Assembly: GCA_016181985.1 (NCBI GenBank) | Contig: JACOYG010000020.1 | Span: 1-49,253, forward strand | Direction: 5' to 3' | Source of the DNA: Candidatus Nealsonbacteria bacterium | GTDB lineage: Bacteria > Patescibacteriota > Minisyncoccia > Minisyncoccales > MHMH01 | Length of the DNA: 49,253 bases | Shown here: positions 43,706 to 49,253 of the stretch, piece after piece | How the letters are laid out: every line of letters begins with the position of its first letter | Numbering within the stretch: position 1 is the stretch's first letter | Notes under the pieces: model-generated | Told to the model about the DNA's origin: nothing | Seen by the model: the letters and a program-made list of their open reading frames with translations, nothing else | The model's database searches: none | Program-made: the position numbers and the translations under genes

Positions 43706-45091
43706 TTATATTGAAAATATAGCCAGAGCTCCCCTGATATATCTTTTTAAATCTTCAAAGCTTCTGACTGAAATCAATTTCGGTATAATATATCCCCAAC
43801 GGAAGTAAAATTTTATGAAAGCGTATTTTTTCATCTCTTGCAATTCGTTTATACTTTTATATCCCGAAGGCAAAAATGTCGCAAAATAACCGGTGAGCTT
43901 ATCGTACGATTCATCTAAAATTTTCCCCCATTTTCCTTCTTTGATCTCTTTATAAATAACCGTGCCGGGATAGGGCGTCAAGATATTAAACTTAACATAA
44001 TCCGGGTTTAAAGCGCAAAGTATTTTGAGTGATTTTCTGACTTTTTCCGGAGTTTCTTTGGGCAAGCCCAAAATTAAGTTTGCCCTGATTTCAATTCCGG
44101 CTTCTCTCGTCCATTTAAAAGCGGCGGATATTTTTTCTAATGTTATTTTTTTATTGATAGCGTCCAATATTTCCTGATCCAAGCTTTCTATCCCAAAAAA
44201 AATGCACCAGCAGCCGGCTTTTTTCATCTTTTTCAGCAGTTCGCCGTCTACGGTATCAACCCGGCATTCGCAAGACCAGGTGATATCTATTTTTTCAGTT
44301 AAAATTTGACTGCAAAAATCATCAATCCATGCCTTATTGATCCCCCAAACGTCATCCCAAAAATTCACCTCCTTTATGCCGTAATCTTTGATCAGATGCT
44401 TGATTTCGCCGATAACATTGCCGACCGATCTCGACCTGTAGAGCCGCGTCCAAAGCGTTTCTACGTCGCAAAAAGTGCAATTAAACGGACAGCCGCGGCT
44501 CACCATCATCGTAGTCATGGGCAATCTTTTATATTGGTTAGGCGAGGGCTTGTATTTGCCGACAGGAACCAGGTGCCTGGCAGGCAAAGGCAGAGAATCA
44601 AGATTTTTTATCAATTCCCTGGCGGGATTTATTATTGCTTTTCCGTTTTGCTTAAAACCGACGCCTTTGACCATTTCCGGATTATTTATCGATCTCAATA
44701 ATTCAACGGCGCTGATTTCCCCTTCCCCTACTACCACATAATCAACCTGTCTATTGCTTAAAACCTCCATGGGTTTTGTTGTCACATGGGGGCCTCCAAA
44801 AATGACGGGGACGTCAAGATTATCCTTTATTTCTTCAGCTAATTCAAGGGCTTTGCGATAATTTGACGTGTTGCAATAAATGCCGATAATATCGGGATTC
44901 CCCGCTTCTTTTATATCCCAAGTTTGAATTTGAGTGTCGAAAATCTTAACGCGATACCCTTCTTTCTCCAAAGCCGCGCCTATGTAGAGCAAACCGAGCG
45001 GCGGCAAAGAACTGCCTATCTTCTCTATCCCCCGGCCATATCTCTCTTTCATGGAGAATGGCGGCATAATCAGTAAGATATCTTTAATCAT
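43706..45091 (-). CDS. B12-binding domain radical SAM protein (class B), paralogue 11
   Basis: 461 aa. ILLIMPP, GGPHVT, GEGE, SRGCPFNCTFC, FGIESLDQEIL and TPYPGTVIY. Confidence 0.85.
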   Translation of the reverse strand: MIKDILLIMPPFSMKERYGRGIEKIGSSLPPLGLLYIGAALEKEGYRVKIFDTQIQTWDIKEAGNPDIIGIYCNTSNYRKALELAEEIKDNLDVPVIFGGPHVTTKPMEVLSNRQVDYVVVGEGEISAVELLRSINNPEMVKGVGFKQNGKAIINPARELIKNLDSLPLPARHLVPVGKYKPSPNQYKRLPMTTMMVSRGCPFNCTFCDVETLWTRLYRSRSVGNVIGEIKHLIKDYGIKEVNFWDDVWGINKAWIDDFCSQILTEKIDITWSCECRVDTVDGELLKKMKKAGCWCIFFGIESLDQEILDAINKKITLEKISAAFKWTREAGIEIRANLILGLPKETPEKVRKSLKILCALNPDYVKFNILTPYPGTVIYKEIKEGKWGKILDESYDKLTGYFATFLPSGYKSINELQEMKKYAFIKFYFRWGYIIPKLISVRSFEDLKRYIRGALAIFSI

Positions 45092-45780
45092 TTTTTCTTG
45101 CCCAAGTAATAAAAACTAAAAGCGATATTTTCTGCAGGGCCGTATCTGTAAAATAAATAATCTAGAAACTTTAGCGGGAAAGTTAGCGCCGTAAAAATTA
45201 TCAGCCATAATTGATACGTCTTGTCAGACCCGAAACAAAAAATCATAGCCAGCCATTGATTGAATACGGAAAGAAAACCGGAGGTCGGGCCGTGCCGGAT
45301 GCCGCTTTTCAATTTTAAAAATCCGGCGCTTTCCATGGTCGCCTCTAGCCCGTTTTTGGTAAAACGATAATAATCATCGGGAGAGGAATGATACCCGGCT
45401 ACGAATGGAACGGCAATATAAATCAATCCTCCCGGCTTCAGCGCTCTAGCCATCTCAAGCAAAGCCCTGTCCGGATTATTGAGGTGTTCCAAAACCTGAT
45501 CGCAAATTACGGCATCTGCTTCATTCTCGGCAAAAGGCAAATTATAAATATCCCCCACGATATCCACATTATGATAAGCATGGATATCCATATTGATGAC
45601 ATCTTTCCTGATTCTTTGGGTACCCGAACCTAAATTGACAATCTTGCCGCTTATCCCCTTGATGGCTTCTTCTGGTCCCAAACCGACTTTCAATGCCCCA
45701 AAAAGCCAACGGGCGGTTTTGAATAAAAAAACATGTTCCTTGAGAAGATTTTTAAAATTATATATGATATTATCTTTCAT
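45088..45780 (-). CDS. Class I SAM-dependent methyltransferase (Methyltransf_11-like) with a hydrophobic C-terminus
   Basis: 230 aa. IVNLGSGTQ, ADAVICDQVLEHLNNPDRALLEMARALKPGGLIYI. ATGA overlap with the downstream radical SAM gene. Confidence 0.8.
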   Translation of the reverse strand: MKDNIIYNFKNLLKEHVFLFKTARWLFGALKVGLGPEEAIKGISGKIVNLGSGTQRIRKDVINMDIHAYHNVDIVGDIYNLPFAENEADAVICDQVLEHLNNPDRALLEMARALKPGGLIYIAVPFVAGYHSSPDDYYRFTKNGLEATMESAGFLKLKSGIRHGPTSGFLSVFNQWLAMIFCFGSDKTYQLWLIIFTALTFPLKFLDYLFYRYGPAENIAFSFYYLGKKK

Positions 45781-47470
45781 AAATTATGAATTCCCCGATT
45801 TCGGCAGCTTTTTTTAAAAACGGGTACTGATCGAGCTGCCATTTAGGATTGGATTCTTTATCCCAAATTAAATAATTTACTTCGTATTTTTGCAGCATTT
45901 CATTGAATAAATCGGGGGTTGCCGCGGCAAAAGATTCTTGATATCTCCGGACTAAATCCAAAACGACTCCGTCCGGTATATTTTCATATTCTCCAAAAAG
46001 ATCGCGGTAATATATTCCATAGATTGCCCAGGATATGTTTTCTTTGTCCCCCAAAAAGACATCTTTTGCCTGCGCTTCAGCGACACCATCTAATCTGTAG
46101 TATAAAAAGAAGGTATTTATCAGGCGTTCGGTCGTAGCGGACAAAGAATATTTCGCCGAATGGTGATAGAAAACATTCAAGGATGTGTGAGTAACGATTA
46201 AATTGGCGATCGCGTCGTTGCTGAAAACAACCTCTTCTTTTTTGGCGTTTTTATTAAACCAATCCATTAAGGGGCCGTATTTTTGAATTTTAACGATCGT
46301 CTCTTTGCTGGCGGAATAAGAAATGCTCTGAACAAAAATACCCAGGGAAATGCTGATGACAATAAAAAAAATAGCCAGCGCCTTTTTGGCAAATTGCCAT
46401 TTTCTTAAAGAAAGAACGGAAAAAAGGATGATTAAGAGAATGATCAGGGCTAAGGGTTTGTGATAATACCAATGATAATGAGAAGGACTCAGGGCCTTGC
46501 CGGTGATTAATTGCTGATTTAAAACCACAAAAGGCGCGATAACCAAAGCCAGGGCAAAATAATACCGTTCCTTCCATTTTCTGGGAAATAAAATCAAGAA
46601 AAGAACAAGAAGCATGGGAGGCAAAATTCCCATAGATAATTCGCGGCCCCCCATCAAACCGGCCCTTGCCCCCACATCGCCAAAGGTCGGATAAGCAGCT
46701 GCCCGATAGAGATTAATAAAATAAGGAATGGCAATTAAAATTGCCCCCAAAAGAACGACGGCAATCCTTTTAATGTCCTGCCATTTTTTTTGACAAAGGA
46801 ATATCAGAATAAGAATACCGCAAAAAGCATATAAAAAAGTCCAGGTGTAAAGAAAATCGTAGAAAGACAATCCTAATATTAAAGCGCTTAAAATTCCCCA
46901 GCGCCATTGCTTCCTTTCTATAAAAAGCCAAAAAAACAATAAAAACCCGAAAAAGAAAATCCAAGTCAGGGCCGGGTTAACCGGGCGGGTGAGCAATAAA
47001 TAGTATGGCTTTAGTGTCGCCCCGCGGTTAAAAATAGAGATAGCCAAAAGAAAAACCGATGGGATAGACAGAGAGATTATTTTTTCCTTGGTAAAGAAAA
47101 ACAAGAAAGCGTAAATTATTAAAAAAAGCAGGGAAGTAAAAAACAATCGGGAAAATAAAATTGTATCATTAATGTTCAAAGAAAAAAGTTGGCCCGAATA
47201 AGCCACGATTATTGTTCCGAGCGGCTGAAAAAGATAGGGATCGCTTTTGCCGTCTTTAAAATAAGTTGAACTGAAAGCGGGGTGCCCATCCTGAACCTCT
47301 TTAACGCGCGACATCCAAGCGCTTTCGTCATCGGAAGCTCCCATTAGCCCGATTCCTTGGTAGGAATCGCCTAAATCCCAACGCGAATAAATCTGGGGAT
47401 AAGCAACGACGATGGCTGTCGCTAAAGCAAGAAAAATTGCCCACTTATGATTTTTAAAAATTTGCGCCAT
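45770..47470 (-). CDS. Polytopic membrane protein with a C-terminal soluble domain, GT-C-like candidate
   Basis: 566 aa. The first loop after TM1 has an acidic motif (GASDDESAW), there are about 11 TM helices, and a ~170-aa hydrophilic C-terminal domain. Assigned by architecture only. Confidence 0.45.
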   Translation of the reverse strand: MAQIFKNHKWAIFLALATAIVVAYPQIYSRWDLGDSYQGIGLMGASDDESAWMSRVKEVQDGHPAFSSTYFKDGKSDPYLFQPLGTIIVAYSGQLFSLNINDTILFSRLFFTSLLFLIIYAFLFFFTKEKIISLSIPSVFLLAISIFNRGATLKPYYLLLTRPVNPALTWIFFFGFLLFFWLFIERKQWRWGILSALILGLSFYDFLYTWTFLYAFCGILILIFLCQKKWQDIKRIAVVLLGAILIAIPYFINLYRAAAYPTFGDVGARAGLMGGRELSMGILPPMLLVLFLILFPRKWKERYYFALALVIAPFVVLNQQLITGKALSPSHYHWYYHKPLALIILLIILFSVLSLRKWQFAKKALAIFFIVISISLGIFVQSISYSASKETIVKIQKYGPLMDWFNKNAKKEEVVFSNDAIANLIVTHTSLNVFYHHSAKYSLSATTERLINTFFLYYRLDGVAEAQAKDVFLGDKENISWAIYGIYYRDLFGEYENIPDGVVLDLVRRYQESFAAATPDLFNEMLQKYEVNYLIWDKESNPKWQLDQYPFLKKAAEIGEFIIYER

Positions 47471-48879
47471 TAGATTTTAATCAAATCGCAAAAAGATTTC
47501 ACCGACCTTTCCACGTCATAATATGTTCTGATCTTTAAAAGATACTTTAATAAATAAGCGGGTCTAAGGTAAAAACCCTTATTAGCTTCTTTAACAAGTT
47601 TTGTTTGCTTGGCTGGCGGAAAATTTTTAAGGTTTAAATTTCCGCTGGCTTCTCTGGCGTCGGAAGAAACCGCAACTCTCTTCATATACCAAAATCTGTC
47701 CGGCAAGGCATTGTTTTCAACGGCCCATTTATAAAGTTCGGTTCCGGGATAAGCCGCTGTTGTCCCAAAAGTGGCTAAATCCAAACCAAGTTTTTGCGAA
47801 AATTTTATCGTCTCCCTGGCATCGTCTTCGGTTTCTGTCGGATTGCCAATCATAAAATAACCCATGGCTTCAATCCCTGATTTTTTACAAAGAGAGATCG
47901 CCCGCTCTACCTGTTCAAGGGTGATTCCTTTGCGCATAACATCCAAAATTCGCTGGCTGCCCGATTCTATGCCGAATGAAATCATATAACATCCGCTTTT
48001 TTTCATGGTTTTGAACAGTTCTTCGTCAACTAAGTCAACCCTGGTATTGCAAGTCCATGTTATTCGAATATTTCTTTTATCGATTTCGGAGCAAATTTCT
48101 CGAACCCAATTCTTATTTAATGTAAGATCGCTGTCTTTGAACATGAATTGTTTTATTCCGTATTTTCGATGATTATTTTCTATTTCATCAACAATATTTT
48201 CAGGAGTTCTTAATCTTAATATCTTGCCGTGAGTCAAATGAGCATCGCAAAAAATACAACCGTAAGGGCATCCTCGCGATGCCATTAAAGACGCCAAGGG
48301 AAGAGATTTGGCGAAATAACTGTCATATTTCTTGATATCTAACAATGCCAAATCAGGAAAAGGAAGATCGTCTAACTCCCGTATTAGCTGAGGCGGGCTG
48401 TTAATTATTATTTTGTTCCCATTTTTATAAATCAATCCGTTAATTTCTTCTAGGGGCTGGCCGGCAGCTAATTTATAAAAATTCTCCTCTCCTTCGCCAT
48501 AAAACAAAAAATCTATATCTTCGCTAAAATTGAATATTTCGTCTTTAGTCGAACTGATGTGCGGACCGCCAACGGCAATTTTTAAAGAGGGGCAGCGTTT
48601 TTTTAATTCGGCGGCGGCCTCTAAAACGGCTTTTGCTTGGCAAGACATTGCGCTAAACCCCACTAATGACGGATTTTCTTTTAGGATAATTTCCACAAGT
48701 TCATCTAAGGTATACCCATTAACAAAGGAATCGATGATCTTCACGGCAATCCCATTTTTTTGCAGAAAAGCTGCTATATAAAGGATGCCCAGCAAGGGAT
48801 AGGCGAAATTTTTACCCTTTCCAAAAATTATCGAAGGAGAAACCAAAACAACCGTATTTACTGGCTTTATGCCGGTCAT
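47470..48879 (-). CDS. B12-binding domain radical SAM protein (class B), paralogue 12
   Basis: 469 aa. GGPHIS, GEGE, SRGCPYGCIFC, FGIESGSQRIL and AAYPGTELY. ATGA overlap with the upstream GT2 and a TAATG overlap with the downstream gene. Confidence 0.85.
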   Translation of the reverse strand: MTGIKPVNTVVLVSPSIIFGKGKNFAYPLLGILYIAAFLQKNGIAVKIIDSFVNGYTLDELVEIILKENPSLVGFSAMSCQAKAVLEAAAELKKRCPSLKIAVGGPHISSTKDEIFNFSEDIDFLFYGEGEENFYKLAAGQPLEEINGLIYKNGNKIIINSPPQLIRELDDLPFPDLALLDIKKYDSYFAKSLPLASLMASRGCPYGCIFCDAHLTHGKILRLRTPENIVDEIENNHRKYGIKQFMFKDSDLTLNKNWVREICSEIDKRNIRITWTCNTRVDLVDEELFKTMKKSGCYMISFGIESGSQRILDVMRKGITLEQVERAISLCKKSGIEAMGYFMIGNPTETEDDARETIKFSQKLGLDLATFGTTAAYPGTELYKWAVENNALPDRFWYMKRVAVSSDAREASGNLNLKNFPPAKQTKLVKEANKGFYLRPAYLLKYLLKIRTYYDVERSVKSFCDLIKI

Positions 48880-49253
48880 AAATTTATTTTCTCTTTAATG
48901 GAATATGAGGTCTTCTCGCGCGGTTCATAGTAAATTCTAATTAAAATTTCAGCCAAAAGACCCATCAATATAAACTGAATGCCCGTAATGATGAAAAATA
49001 TGGTAAGTAACGGCAATTGAGTCGTGGAAATTGGTATATTAAGAATAAATTTGTATACTAAAGTTGCCAAGCCCCCTAAAAATCCCAAAAATAACAACAG
49101 AAGACCGGCCTGGCCGAAAAAATGGATTGGTCTCGTTAAATATGCCATTAAAAATTTAACCGTAAGCAAATCAAGAAATCCCTTAAAGATTCTAGCGGGC
49201 CCATATTTAGACTTGCCGTATTTTCTCGGATAATGCTTAACTTTTATCTCTGA
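48876..49253 (-). CDS. GT2 polyprenyl-phosphate glycosyltransferase (GtrB/ArnC-like), C-terminal part only (5' end lies outside the window)
   Basis: The frame stays open to the window edge (SEIKVKHYPRKYGKSKYGPARIFKGFLDLLTVKF...). Two C-terminal TM helices and LMGLLAEILIRIYYEPREK are typical of this family. The track TTG start at 49169 is internal. Confidence 0.75.
   Translation of the reverse strand, partial: SEIKVKHYPRKYGKSKYGPARIFKGFLDLLTVKFLMAYLTRPIHFFGQAGLLLLFLGFLGGLATLVYKFILNIPISTTQLPLLTIFFIITGIQFILMGLLAEILIRIYYEPREKTSYSIKEKINL

Noticed and set aside
49169-49253. Track start (TTG at 49169) for the last minus-strand ORF
   Set aside because: The reading frame stays open to the window edge and the upstream residues (HYPRKYGKSKY...) are typical GT2 sequence. 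The gene is truncated by the window rather than starting at 49169.

Overview
AT-rich, very tightly packed bacterial window. It uses the standard code, with TGA as a stop, and has many 4-nt ATGA stop/start overlaps. Genes fall into three strand blocks: minus 48-19804, plus 19845-38563, minus 38515-49253. Most of it is one large cell-surface glycan biosynthesis and tailoring island. It holds GT2, GT4 and GT-C-like glycosyltransferases, and a complete GDP-D-glycero-alpha-D-manno-heptose pathway (transaldolase, GmhA, HddA, and a fused HddC-GmhB). It also has two SDR sugar-nucleotide enzymes, three SAM methyltransferases, a flippase-like membrane protein, and an O-carbamoyltransferase/SxtJ/SGNH/DUF5989 module. 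The outstanding feature is 12 paralogous B12-binding (class B) radical SAM genes plus 2 radical SAM/SPASM genes. By coordinate sum these total about 19.0 kb, roughly 39% of the window, and they are interleaved and translationally coupled with the glycan genes. I know of no characterised glycan pathway with this composition. Other observations:
- A 32-35-nt palindromic element occurs four times, in two sequence types with a compensatory arm change. All four copies sit at cistron junctions, and the three with a visible downstream gene lie 10-12 nt upstream of its start codon. Two copies bracket a PaaX/Cas2-fold regulator-like gene.
- A 52-aa DUF5989-type gene is absent from the ORF track.
- A secreted protein carries six tandem Cx5Cx3Cx8C modules.
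- A monocistronic 63-aa membrane protein has Cys/His-rich termini.
- A HAD-like protein has apparently permuted motif order.
- The block 13906-17715 looks like housekeeping (S51 peptidase, minimal RecQ, Nudix).
No rRNA, tRNA, CRISPR array or transposase was recognised. The gene content and packing resemble Patescibacteria/CPR genomes, but that is inference only. All family calls rest on motifs read by eye, with no searches run.
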